This document shows, piece after piece, positions 1 to 9,209 of a stretch of DNA of 56,340 nucleotides (position 1 is the stretch's first letter; each line of letters begins with the position of its first letter). Location of the stretch: the IMG/VR virus record IMGVR_UViG_3300020471_001437; one strand, given 5' to 3'. The DNA is from an uncultured virus (IMG/VR IMGVR_UViG_3300020471_001437) (lineage: Duplodnaviria; Heunggongvirae; Uroviricota; Caudoviricetes). Below the pieces are notes generated by a model. That model was not told where the DNA came from. It did no database searches and saw only the letters and a program-made list of their open reading frames with translations. Made by a program: the position numbers and the translations under genes.

Positions 1-120
1 TTTCTTTTCTTCCATTTACTTCACAACCTGCTTCTGTTGAAATCAATGTTAGTGCTCAAGTTACACGCACATACGCGCGCGCGTGTGTAGTAATACTCCC
101 CACACCTGTTACACTTATCA

Positions 121-309
121 TCAGAATTCATTCAATCGCCTCTTATCGGGCTCAACTAACTGACCCGTGACGCGCATCTTAGCAGACACTCGTACATAAT
201 TGGCGACTGTCTCTCCACGACGTTCTGCTTCTGCTTGAAGTAGTTTCATCAGGTCAGGGTCAACCCTAACCCCAATGGTGTGGACTTTCCGCGCATCGCC
301 GTCTGCCAT
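121..309 (-). CDS. Ribbon-helix-helix (CopG/Arc-like) DNA-binding protein
   Basis: From the ATG at 309: TIGVRVDPDLMKLLQAEAERRGETVANYVR fits the RHH beta-strand plus two-helix pattern. Divergent from the structural operon. Confidence 0.7.
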   Translation of the reverse strand: MADGDARKVHTIGVRVDPDLMKLLQAEAERRGETVANYVRVSAKMRVTGQLVEPDKRRLNEF

Positions 310-475
310 GATACCCTGACGCTTCGAGAAGGCTATGAGGCTACCGCTTGGTTTCACTTTGTTTAACAAAGATTCACATGTGTATTCGTATTCGAGCGTC
401 CATTCATATACCAATGGTACATCCCACAGTTTGCCCCAACAACAAGGGCACTGAAAAAATAGGAGACTGAAAAAA

Positions 476-1090
476 ATGGAACTACGACCATACTACGATA
501 GACCTACGGCCGTTATCAGCGATTACCTCGCTCGTATCGACCAAAAGGTGAGAGCGAACTACCCTCATTGGGGTTACGAAAACAAAGGCGTTTGGCCGAA
601 AGGCGAATACGGAAAGGGTATTCTACGCGCAGACCAATTCTCATTATTGGGAACTTTTGGTCAGTGGCTTATCCCTTCTTCCGGAGCAAACGGTAACTCA
701 ACAACCATCAGCGTTGACTCATTCGGTTGGGCACAGCGCACACTTGACTTCAAAACTCTTGAAGAATTCTACTACTTGCTAATGGGAATTCAATACCCTG
801 TGACACCTCTTTTGGTGACAGAACACCAATGGAGAATTTCCGGTATCGAGACTCCGGTCATCGACCAGCAAATCTTCGAGGTACTTGAGGAACCATTCGT
901 ATGGTACGAAGAGCCAATCGTAATCGAACCTGAAAAGACCGTTGTCTGTGCACACCGTGTCGTTGGTGGACTTTCCAACTTCGGAAACAGCACCATCGCA
1001 GGTGGAGAGAAATGGCGTGTTATCGGCAGTGTAGTCGGTCAGCACCACGAATTGATTCAACAGAGACAATCCATTGGAGAGTTGTCCTGA
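476..1090 (+). CDS. Candidate major capsid protein (possibly single jelly-roll)
   Basis: First gene of the structural operon, strong RBS (AGGAGA), 204 aa, beta-rich, with an EEPIVIEPEKTV strand pattern reminiscent of jelly-roll capsid proteins. The fold is inferred, not shown. Confidence 0.4.
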   Translation: MELRPYYDRPTAVISDYLARIDQKVRANYPHWGYENKGVWPKGEYGKGILRADQFSLLGTFGQWLIPSSGANGNSTTISVDSFGWAQRTLDFKTLEEFYYLLMGIQYPVTPLLVTEHQWRISGIETPVIDQQIFEVLEEPFVWYEEPIVIEPEKTVVCAHRVVGGLSNFGNSTIAGGEKWRVIGSVVGQHHELIQQRQSIGELS

Positions 1091-1125
1091 TACCCTTTGG
1101 TATTCAGTAACAGGAGGAATCTAAA

Positions 1126-1824
1126 ATGGGAGCAATTGGAGGATTGGACGTCGCTTACGGTGCGTCCGCACAAATCATACAGACGAATGTACTCATTGTT
1201 GATAACACAGGCGAAACAGCCGGAGACGTCAATCCTGACGACATGGCTAACTTTTTGACACTATACAACCACCACGTAGTGAATCTTGCAAGCGGACGTT
1301 CAGTCCTTGAAGCAGACTTCATTTGCGCCGCTGTCGGTCCAACCGGTAGCACCGGTCAAGTGTCTCACCGCAATGTGCTTGAAGCAAACATTTCAGCAAT
1401 CACCGAAATCCCTGTGGCTGGTGCTGGTGCCGGAGACGGTACCGGATTGACCGGTGTCACACCTGTTTCAATCATCGCTTGCGGTGCTTGTGAGTTTACA
1501 GGTGGAAACGCCCTCAACGCCGCTACTGCTGGGGACTTACTCGGTGGAACAGGTGGATACGTCTCACAACTAAACGGAGACTTACTCGCTAACAACATCG
1601 GTACAGTCGGAAAAGAACACATGTTGCCTGTCGGCGACTTGTTGACTGACACACTCGGATTATTGACTAACGCAACCAACTTGAACCAAGCGAGCCTTGC
1701 AACAGGCACCTTCGTCGAGAAAGGTAACGCAACAGGCGCAACGCCAACGGCTATGAGCGACTTGACCGTGGGGGCTAACTCCATCGGACTTGCCACCATC
1801 ACCGCGCTTTGCTACAATATCTGA
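1126..1824 (+). CDS. Gly/Ala/Thr-rich putative virion protein
   Basis: 232-aa ORF, RBS AGGAGG, lies in the structural operon. Confidence 0.55.
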   Translation: MGAIGGLDVAYGASAQIIQTNVLIVDNTGETAGDVNPDDMANFLTLYNHHVVNLASGRSVLEADFICAAVGPTGSTGQVSHRNVLEANISAITEIPVAGAGAGDGTGLTGVTPVSIIACGACEFTGGNALNAATAGDLLGGTGGYVSQLNGDLLANNIGTVGKEHMLPVGDLLTDTLGLLTNATNLNQASLATGTFVEKGNATGATPTAMSDLTVGANSIGLATITALCYNI

Positions 1825-1862
1825 TTGTATCAGGACATTCGGCATCTGTATGCCCTTTGACG

Positions 1863-1907
1863 GGCAGACGTGGCAGTGAACGCTGTATAGCGTGAGCCAC
1901 GTCTGTC
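1863..1907 (+). promoter_or_regulatory. Intergenic stem-loop (processing/stability/terminator element)
   Basis: GGCAGACGTGGC (1863-1874) pairs with GCCACGTCTGTC (1896-1907), 12 bp with one G-U. Inner hairpin ACGCT-GTAT-AGCGT. Confidence 0.45.
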
Positions 1908-2017
1908 GGTTAACGGCTAAGTCGATGTGACCGGATAGGATTATATCCGCATACACATTCGGCTGACACAGGGCCGTACGGTCCACACCCACACAGAAAG
2001 AAAATAGGTGAATAGAA

Positions 2018-3007
2018 ATGGCAAACGCAAATCAGAGCGCAAACAGAGCAGGAAACGCATTCGGACGTGAACCGTCCGCCGGCTTCGTCGGGAACGATTG
2101 GGAGAACATAGTTCTCAAACCGGGGTACATCCTCAAGATTAGAGACCGGTTCCACCTTGTGGAAGCAGTCGAAGGTCTAACGGTTGACCTCTTCTTCAAC
2201 GATTCGTTTACTTACACGATTTCGTCAAGTGCAATCACAACCGCAAACGACGGTGCATTCTTAACGCAATACGGCGATAAAACCATGCAAGGTATCCTTC
2301 GTGGTTCAGACGACGGTGGAGCAGTAGTAGATGGTAGTTACACAGACATTGCAAACATGCTAAAACCAACTTACGATAGCGGTTACATTGAGTTCAAGGA
2401 CCTTGAACCATACCGCGGACACTTGTATCACTTGTGCCCGTCCGTACCGGTTCAACCAAAGTTCATGGACGTTGAAACAGGTGAATGGCTAATCGCAACA
2501 TCGGGTACAGAAGGTAAACTACCTAACGACGGTGGTATTCCTATCGGTTTCAAGGCAGGTTCCGGCAACTCCGACCACTATGTCAGAGTAGGAACGGTGT
2601 CACCAAAGGTCTACCTACGTCACCCAGCGGGTGTACCTAAGTGGGTTCTTGACGAAGCACCTGAAGGTTCCAGCGGTTCAGTAAAGACCGCTTCTACGGT
2701 TGAAGGATTATCCGGTTTCATTGACGGGCAAATTAGCCCAATCGAAGACCCGGATTGGACATACTCTCTATGGATTGAATCCGGGGAGAATAACCTTCCT
2801 TCATTCAAGATGGTCAACGACAGTGAAGAACTACTTGTCGACGCCCGTCTTCACCTTCAAGGATGGAAGTACAGAATCGTTGAACTTGGTATGGACCAAC
2901 TCAAGCAGATTCGTGACCGTAGTGGCGGACGTCTAACGTTCAAAATTATCAACCCGGCCGGTATTCCAACACCCGGTACCCTGCTTGCGGATTACTTCCC
3001 CCGTTGA
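2018..3007 (+). CDS. Putative virion structural protein
   Basis: 329-aa ORF, RBS AGGTGA, beta-rich, structural operon context. Confidence 0.55.
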   Translation: MANANQSANRAGNAFGREPSAGFVGNDWENIVLKPGYILKIRDRFHLVEAVEGLTVDLFFNDSFTYTISSSAITTANDGAFLTQYGDKTMQGILRGSDDGGAVVDGSYTDIANMLKPTYDSGYIEFKDLEPYRGHLYHLCPSVPVQPKFMDVETGEWLIATSGTEGKLPNDGGIPIGFKAGSGNSDHYVRVGTVSPKVYLRHPAGVPKWVLDEAPEGSSGSVKTASTVEGLSGFIDGQISPIEDPDWTYSLWIESGENNLPSFKMVNDSEELLVDARLHLQGWKYRIVELGMDQLKQIRDRSGGRLTFKIINPAGIPTPGTLLADYFPR

Positions 3008-3044
3008 GGAAGTGAAAAGTATAGGTTAGGGTAAGGGATGACAC

Positions 3045-4526
3045 ATGCAGAGTAACCGACAATCCACTTTCGGCGACACTCCTGATGGTAATCCTATTGC
3101 TATACCCGGAACCGGTGCACTTGGTATACCAACCATCTTCGCGGGTACCGCTAAGGACATGCGCAGTGCAGATAGCCTGTTGAGAGAAGATGAAAGACTG
3201 ATAGTTACAGAATTCAACAATTTGACTATTGATACAGGAAAGAACTTCCCTATTCTTGATGCCAAAGAAGCAGGTGAGTTACACAGCATCGTAGTTGTTA
3301 GTGACAACCCATACCTTCAGTGCTTCATTCAAATAGATGATTTCCGTAACCAAGAGCCCAATGGTATTACTGTTGCAGAACTACTGTACAATGGTAACAT
3401 GATTGGGACCTCTCAACGCAGATTTAGAGCGGGAGATGGTCAAAGTCCGTCAGTCGGTTATTCGTTGATATTTGAGCCTATGGAGCCTGTGCAGTACACA
3501 GACAGACTACGCATCATACTGTACAACAACATTCCATCATCTACATCCGTATATGGTAAAGGTCTCGGTTATCGAAATTCAGCAACACTACCCACACCAG
3601 CGGTCCCTGCTCACATGGCAGGCTCTACCTTTGAACAAAGTTCTCTTGCGGCAGTGTCTTTGAGCGACATGGCTCAAGCAATGACCACACCTGTCGGTTC
3701 ACCTGCATACTTTTCGGGTAAAACGTACAGTACTGCCTCAATCAATGGTTCAATTCTTTCAGGTTTGAAACTTGGAACAGACCATCCGTATGTGGGTATA
3801 GCAGGCAGACCTAAGTTCTCAATTGACCCATCTGCCGCCGCAATACCAAGAGAAAAGGTCGGGTCATCATCCCGTGATGCAGTATACAGACTCAAGATTA
3901 GAGACGAGGCTGAAAGATTCCCCGGCACAGTCGATTCCTATTCTTCTATGAAGGTAGACATCGTATGTCAAGTCGGAGAGTCCGGTGTGTTGAATGGTTC
4001 CAACGCAGGAACCCAATTGCTTACTACTGCCACATACAATGCAAACCTCGGGTTCGGGTATACTTCTGACGGAACCAACACGTCGGTTGACACCACTTCG
4101 CCAAATTTCCCCGTTGGTAAGCGCATCTTCTATCGAGTCGGCGGGCAAATCGCTATGCTCGGTGTTTGCACCGCAGTTAGTCTGACCTATGATAACGAAA
4201 GTACAGACGAATTGGTTCCTGTTGGGGGAGCGTCAGTAATTGGGAATTCGTTGACCGAGAGTACAGGGGTGCACACCTTTGCCAGCAAGAGCACTTCAGA
4301 CTTCAAGGCACCATCATATCACCTTCAAATTGAGCCGGGTCTATCTGCAACAAGCACAGACTTCGCTAACGAGGTATCTCCGTCAGGCACTCTTGCCGAT
4401 GGATTCACCGCGGCAAGTGATTTCGCTTGCTGGGGTACGGTTACGTCGAATGCCGATACAAACCCACAGATTCTCGTCAAGAAAGTAGACGTAAGGCGAA
4501 GGAAGGTATACAGTAAGGAGGGCTGA
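3045..4526 (+). CDS. Putative virion protein (vertex/penton-like)
   Basis: 493 aa. Beta-strand-rich N-terminal part (GELHSIVVVSDNP...YSLIFEP...LRIILYN) and a Ser/Thr/Gly-rich remainder. Confidence 0.45.
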   Translation: MQSNRQSTFGDTPDGNPIAIPGTGALGIPTIFAGTAKDMRSADSLLREDERLIVTEFNNLTIDTGKNFPILDAKEAGELHSIVVVSDNPYLQCFIQIDDFRNQEPNGITVAELLYNGNMIGTSQRRFRAGDGQSPSVGYSLIFEPMEPVQYTDRLRIILYNNIPSSTSVYGKGLGYRNSATLPTPAVPAHMAGSTFEQSSLAAVSLSDMAQAMTTPVGSPAYFSGKTYSTASINGSILSGLKLGTDHPYVGIAGRPKFSIDPSAAAIPREKVGSSSRDAVYRLKIRDEAERFPGTVDSYSSMKVDIVCQVGESGVLNGSNAGTQLLTTATYNANLGFGYTSDGTNTSVDTTSPNFPVGKRIFYRVGGQIAMLGVCTAVSLTYDNESTDELVPVGGASVIGNSLTESTGVHTFASKSTSDFKAPSYHLQIEPGLSATSTDFANEVSPSGTLADGFTAASDFACWGTVTSNADTNPQILVKKVDVRRRKVYSKEG

Positions 4527-4528
4527 TT

Positions 4529-5089
4529 ATGACAATGTTCAAACCAAAAGGCAAGCAAGAGTTCAAGCATCCAATCCTTGATTTTGCAGACCGAAGGTTG
4601 TTCCTTGGATTGGTTCTACTTCCCATCTTATTCGATTGGCCCGCAAAGGCCGTACAAGCAGGTGTACGTACCGCAAAGTACGGAGACCCACGATTGGGTT
4701 CTTCGCCACTTGCAATGGAAGAGGAAGCACAAACAGGTACAGCAGGTATCACACTTTTCGGAAGTTTGACCCGTCAAGGTGGGGCATTTGACGAAGGTGT
4801 GCAGTTCCCTCCACGCGGAGACGTATACAGAGACACCAGCCACCTAAACAGTGCAAAGACAGGACCAATGTACGGAGAGTCCGGCTTCTACAACGACACG
4901 CGTCACATGACACCTGCAAAACCAAGCCCTCAAGCGGGTAGTGAAGGCGGGTTCCTTGACGCAAAAGGAAAAGGGCCTAAGCCTGATAAAAGACCTTCAT
5001 ACAAGAATGCAAACCAAGGATTGGTTGACATCGTTGGGGGCGGTTCCGTTTTCGCAGGTATATCCGGTTACGGGAGGTTGCGAAGATGA
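4529..5089 (+). CDS. Putative membrane-associated virion protein
   Basis: Hydrophobic segment LFLGLVLLPILF; translationally coupled to neighbours. Confidence 0.55.
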   Translation: MTMFKPKGKQEFKHPILDFADRRLFLGLVLLPILFDWPAKAVQAGVRTAKYGDPRLGSSPLAMEEEAQTGTAGITLFGSLTRQGGAFDEGVQFPPRGDVYRDTSHLNSAKTGPMYGESGFYNDTRHMTPAKPSPQAGSEGGFLDAKGKGPKPDKRPSYKNANQGLVDIVGGGSVFAGISGYGRLRR

Positions 5090-5370
5090 ATCGTAGGCTC
5101 GCCGCCAACCCCTCATACATGTACGGGAGTCATTTTGGTGCCATCCCGCAAGTTGATGCGGGAAGTGCCACTGCCATGGTTATGGTTGGTGCAGTTGTAG
5201 GAGCAGTTGCTTCAGCGGTCTTAGTTGGGTCTGACCCCGTAAAGAATGCAAAATTACGTTCAATGGTAAGTTCACGTGGTAGTCTTGCCACAGGTGCCGC
5301 TATTGGGGCAGGTTTGGGCCTACTACTATCCGGTGCAGGTTTCGTTCACCAACAAGGGGGCTTCTCATGA
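5086..5370 (+). CDS. Small membrane protein (2 TM)
   Basis: Two Gly/Ala-rich hydrophobic helices; ATGA overlap. Confidence 0.6.
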   Translation: MNRRLAANPSYMYGSHFGAIPQVDAGSATAMVMVGAVVGAVASAVLVGSDPVKNAKLRSMVSSRGSLATGAAIGAGLGLLLSGAGFVHQQGGFS

Positions 5371-5537
5371 AGTCCTTTGCTGAATTGAGCAGTTCACAGA
5401 AATTGACACTTGGTGTCACAGTGGCGTATCTCGCGACGTCATTGATTCACTATCAAAACGACAGAAAGGCACTTGGATTAATGTTCTTGGGTTACTCTGT
5501 CGCTAACATGGGCGCAGTCGCGATGGAGGGGTTGTAA
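5367..5537 (+). CDS. Small membrane protein (56 aa, below the ORF-track cutoff)
   Basis: MKSFAELSSSQKLTLGVTVAYLATSLIHYQNDRKALGLMFLGYSVANMGAVAMEGL; overlaps both neighbours (ATGA, TAATG). Confidence 0.6.
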   Translation: MKSFAELSSSQKLTLGVTVAYLATSLIHYQNDRKALGLMFLGYSVANMGAVAMEGL

Positions 5538-5710
5538 TGGCTATGAGTGGAGCAGACGGTAAGAGGTTCACTATCAGCAAGAACAACCTATCAGCGGCTC
5601 CATTAGGGGGTATGATGCCCCAAATGAACAAAATCTTACCACCACTATTGTTAGGGGTCGTCCTTGTAGGCGGTTCTTACATGTTGGTGAAGTATTTGAG
5701 AGGAGATTGA
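5537..5710 (+). CDS. Small membrane protein (57 aa)
   Basis: MAMSGADG...LPPLLLGVVLVGGSYMLVKYLRGD; GGAGG RBS; coupled. Confidence 0.6.
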   Translation: MAMSGADGKRFTISKNNLSAAPLGGMMPQMNKILPPLLLGVVLVGGSYMLVKYLRGD

Positions 5711-5711
5711 A

Positions 5712-5996
5712 ATGCAACAAGGAACGATGAATGGACATTTGAACGGTTACGCCAATTTAGGTGCGCCACCCGACACAGCCGCTATGTGGGGAGGAATTGT
5801 ATTCGCGGCAGTAGCGGTCGGCGTGATAGCCCCAACAGTGATTGATACGCTCGTCAAATCTAAGGTTCTTGGATTCAATAACAAGTACAGTACAAAGAAG
5901 CAGATTGCTCGTTCTGCGGCAGTAGGAGCCGTCATAGGAGTTCCTATGGCATTATTGTACGGCGCGGGCACATACACCGCTGTAAGAGCATCGTAA
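5712..5996 (+). CDS. Small membrane protein (2 TM)
   Basis: Two hydrophobic helices; GAGGAG RBS. Confidence 0.6.
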   Translation: MQQGTMNGHLNGYANLGAPPDTAAMWGGIVFAAVAVGVIAPTVIDTLVKSKVLGFNNKYSTKKQIARSAAVGAVIGVPMALLYGAGTYTAVRAS

Positions 5997-6009
5997 GGAG
6001 ACGGATAAA

Positions 6010-6816
6010 ATGGGACTACTACCAAGCAGAAAAGAAATCAAGAAATTCGGAAAGAAGAACCCTATTCGTTCCATGATTTACCTTGGTTTCATCGGCTTCA
6101 CTATGGTAGATGTACTATCTTCATTCACTCTGCCTCGAGGTAGCGGCCCACTATCCAAGTACCCTGCCGCCGTCAGACAACTACAAGGCTCGACATCAAC
6201 AACCACTTCAACATCTACTTCTCATCCCCCTCACATCGTCAGAGAGGCACTGATTAACAACAATCTTGCCGGTTTCGGTATGACCAAAGCACAAATCAAG
6301 GCAAAGCACCCTAAAGGCACCAAACAAAGCCACATCGACCGTATGCACCACCATATGAAGAAAGGTATGGAGTTCGGACCTGCACATGAGCGTGCAGTGA
6401 GCGACGGTTTCCCTGCTATGGGGAGCGTTGGATTTCATCACGGTATAGGAGACCATTGTGATACCGGAGTCGGATTCCACCACGGTACAGGATTCCACCA
6501 CGGTATTGGTCACGCTACCAAATCACAACAAAGGAAACTCGACAAGATAGAAGGAGAGTTGAGAAAGGCGTCTAAGATGCACGCATCTCAAGCAGACCGT
6601 ATTGCAGACCTTGGTAGTACATCTACTCATTTACCACCCGGCCTTCGTCGTCGTATGATGTCAAGAACATATGAATCTGAAATATCAGGTTCTCACCTTG
6701 GTAAGCAAACTCTGTCTGTTGTAGACAGAGCACAAGAGGCCGCAGAGAAAAACTTCGGAGACATGTACGGACTTGCAGGCATTACACCCGAAACAGGTTC
6801 AGGCTGGATTGAATAA
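6010..6816 (+). CDS. Membrane-anchored His-rich protein
   Basis: N-terminal TM segment, Thr/Ser linker, three GFHHG repeats. Confidence 0.6.
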   Translation: MGLLPSRKEIKKFGKKNPIRSMIYLGFIGFTMVDVLSSFTLPRGSGPLSKYPAAVRQLQGSTSTTTSTSTSHPPHIVREALINNNLAGFGMTKAQIKAKHPKGTKQSHIDRMHHHMKKGMEFGPAHERAVSDGFPAMGSVGFHHGIGDHCDTGVGFHHGTGFHHGIGHATKSQQRKLDKIEGELRKASKMHASQADRIADLGSTSTHLPPGLRRRMMSRTYESEISGSHLGKQTLSVVDRAQEAAEKNFGDMYGLAGITPETGSGWIE

Positions 6817-6849
6817 TCCAATTGGAAAATCAATTTTGAAGGTGGAAAA

Positions 6850-7092
6850 ATGAGCGCGCGAAAACTCGAACTAAAGAAGCCTCGCGACCATCCAATCAAC
6901 AAGAACCCAATGAAAGTCTTAGGGTTCCATGAGTTTACAGAACTCGCGATTACAGACCCCCGTCTTGAGAAGTCAGCGGCACCACTATCAAAAAGACGTG
7001 GTGGTGTTGGTACAATCGTAACAAGACAACACAAGGATGTTGTTCTCCTTGCTATCGCTGGTTACGCGTTGTACAGAATGTCCACTAAGTGA
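6850..7092 (+). CDS. Small basic protein with C-terminal hydrophobic anchor
   Basis: 80 aa; VVLLAIAGYALY near the C-terminus; GGTGG RBS. Confidence 0.55.
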   Translation: MSARKLELKKPRDHPINKNPMKVLGFHEFTELAITDPRLEKSAAPLSKRRGGVGTIVTRQHKDVVLLAIAGYALYRMSTK

Positions 7093-7094
7093 AC

Positions 7095-7271
7095 TTAGTC
7101 TTCCATACCGGTAGACAGTTTTCCGCCCTTAGACAGAATCTTGATTTGAGTAGCGATGTCTTTGACACCCGCTTCAATCTCGTAGTCGTAAACGACACTC
7201 GAGATAGTCATTGCTATTCCGTCGTATTCAAATTGTGCAGTCACAGTCTTGGTCTTTGATTCCTTTGCCAT
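7095..7271 (-). CDS. Hypothetical protein
   Basis: Likely start MAKESK at 7271, preceded by AGGAGACTGAAAA (the same RBS text as the gene at 476). Confidence 0.55.
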   Translation of the reverse strand: MAKESKTKTVTAQFEYDGIAMTISSVVYDYEIEAGVKDIATQIKILSKGGKLSTGMED

Positions 7272-7275
7272 ATTT

Positions 7276-7863
7276 TCAGTCTCCTTTTTTCTTGTAGAGG
7301 TCAGCACGTTTCCTTGCACGTTTTTCGTTTTCGCTCGGCTTGTAATGGAGTTTCTTCTCATCCGTTGCTCGGTCGGCTTCATCTATACGCAATACCCTCT
7401 TACTCTTATAGGTTTTGGATTTGAGTTTAGATTTCTTGTCATATTTTTCATCGTGGTCACGTAGACCAACAGCCTGTTCATTCGACCAACGTATCGCATG
7501 TTTCTGCTGGTCAGATTGGTCAAGAGGTCGTGTCAAACCGATGGTTTCGTCCCAAGGGTTGCCGAGGCACGGGTTGGTCATTGCTACATGTGACCAAGAG
7601 CAAGATTCGCACCTAACGATGACTTGGTGAGTCCAAGGTTGAGCATCACCACGGTCAGATGTGCGTCCAAGTTCAACAGCGTTAACAGTGTGGTGCATAC
7701 GTATGTCCATATGTCCACATTCAGGACAGAACAACGGGTTGCCGTCGTCTCCCATCATTTGTTCGCCTTCAAGGTCGATTACCTTGTTCTTGATGTCCTC
7801 GCATATTGGGCATACTTTCTTGACATTCCATTCAGTCTGATTGATTCTCTCATCTGTTGCCAT
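7276..7863 (-). CDS. Zn-finger protein
   Basis: CPIC, CPECG and CESC motifs; basic C-terminus. Confidence 0.6.
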   Translation of the reverse strand: MATDERINQTEWNVKKVCPICEDIKNKVIDLEGEQMMGDDGNPLFCPECGHMDIRMHHTVNAVELGRTSDRGDAQPWTHQVIVRCESCSWSHVAMTNPCLGNPWDETIGLTRPLDQSDQQKHAIRWSNEQAVGLRDHDEKYDKKSKLKSKTYKSKRVLRIDEADRATDEKKLHYKPSENEKRARKRADLYKKKGD

Positions 7864-8077
7864 CTATGTTCACCTCGGGCGGCCTCTGTACGGATTCGAA
7901 TAGAACTTCGAGCAGAGCAGTGTTCGCGAGGTATGCAAGGGTTTTGGGGTTTCCGTTGTATGAGTAACCTGCACCCGTACCATCTACATACGAAGCGATT
8001 AGAACTTCGGTGATGCCGATTTCAGCAAGCCTCTTCTTGCATTCGTCCATAATGGCTAAAGCAACTTCACTCACCAC
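7850..8077 (-). CDS. Hypothetical protein
   Basis: 75-aa ORF overlapping neighbours in a minus-strand operon. Confidence 0.5.
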   Translation of the reverse strand: MVSEVALAIMDECKKRLAEIGITEVLIASYVDGTGAGYSYNGNPKTLAYLANTALLEVLFESVQRPPEVNIDGNR

Positions 8078-8540
8078 GGGCAGACCTCCTGATTGAATCT
8101 TTCAATTCAGTTATGATTTTGTTCATGTCACCGTCCGGCATGTTAGTCCCGAATTCAAATTCCTCCCAACGGGTTAAGAACGATTTGATTCTTTGAGAGT
8201 TAGGAAGGGGTTCCTCAATCCACTTATCTGAATCCCGTTTCAATTGGTTGAATGTCTTGTCTCGCAATTTCAACCAACACTTGTGACAAACTACCTCTGC
8301 GTCCTCTACAAGTTCATGTTTTTCAACCGCAGGGACGTCATCGTCGGTCTCGCCGATTCGTCTTGGTCGTGTTTCTTGAAGATAGGCTTCGTACACGGGC
8401 GGCTTGAGCACATGTGACCTTGTTCCGGTCCCACATTCTATGCACTTACTGTACGGTACGGCTTGGGTATAGTTCCCGCTCATGTACCCCGTACGCTTCG
8501 CATCAGACATAAGCATCACCAGCGACACACTAAAGTCCAA
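8067..8540 (-). CDS. Putative Zn-binding protein
   Basis: CIECG...CHKC; the true start may be the downstream MSDAK. Confidence 0.55.
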   Translation of the reverse strand: MDFSVSLVMLMSDAKRTGYMSGNYTQAVPYSKCIECGTGTRSHVLKPPVYEAYLQETRPRRIGETDDDVPAVEKHELVEDAEVVCHKCWLKLRDKTFNQLKRDSDKWIEEPLPNSQRIKSFLTRWEEFEFGTNMPDGDMNKIITELKDSIRRSARGE

Positions 8541-8559
8541 TCACATGCTGGGGTGGTTC

Positions 8560-9198
8560 ATGTCGAAGGATAGTGGAGTATCACCGGTAATTCCTCACGT
8601 AGCCACAAAAAAGAATTCATCAGCCTCAACACCCCTGCGTGGTGTGTCCAATTTGGACTCTCCAACTGCACGTTTAGAAGTAACAGACACAGGCCGAGAA
8701 GTATGGGCATATGATTTGCCATGTATACCACTCGTTGTACCACAATACAGCGATTTTAGTAGAATTCTGTCTTTGTTTGAAGTTATCAAACGACATCATA
8801 TTGACACATTTGATGCAGACACACAATACGCGTCAGGACAAAAAAAAGTGGAAGCGTTTGACGCAAGCGACATCCTTGCCCACAAAGGATTCCAATTCAA
8901 AGCAAACGCGGCAAACACGGGGGACATTCACTTCGCCACTCTTCCCAAGCCTTATGAAATCGGCAATTCCACCACTTATTCATCCAATTCAATTGGTGGT
9001 ACAACACAAGGACCACGGATTTTGAAGAATGTCGCGGCACCCACCAACACTGCATCTTACTTGACATGGGGAGCAACAGCGTACCCCGGAATCCCAATTT
9101 CACCATCTGAATCCTTTTTCGTTGAAATGACCCGCGCGTCTGAAATTTATGTCATCCCAACCGCCGCGAATTGTAAGTTACATTGGATGCCGGTTTGA
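8560..9198 (+). CDS. Putative virion protein
   Basis: ATG at 8560 with GGGGTGG RBS; begins the spike/fibre cluster. Confidence 0.55.
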   Translation: MSKDSGVSPVIPHVATKKNSSASTPLRGVSNLDSPTARLEVTDTGREVWAYDLPCIPLVVPQYSDFSRILSLFEVIKRHHIDTFDADTQYASGQKKVEAFDASDILAHKGFQFKANAANTGDIHFATLPKPYEIGNSTTYSSNSIGGTTQGPRILKNVAAPTNTASYLTWGATAYPGIPISPSESFFVEMTRASEIYVIPTAANCKLHWMPV

Positions 9199-9209
9199 GG
9201 TGGTAAAGG

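Noticed and set aside
62..90. Alternating purine-pyrimidine/CG run near the left end
   Set aside because: It is a single short instance with no matching terminal repeat at the other end, so no function can be supported.
408..429. TACC-AAT-GGTA followed later by CCACAG upstream of the capsid candidate
   Set aside because: The stem is weak and ACAG is not adjacent, so it is not counted as a member of the hairpin-AYAG family.
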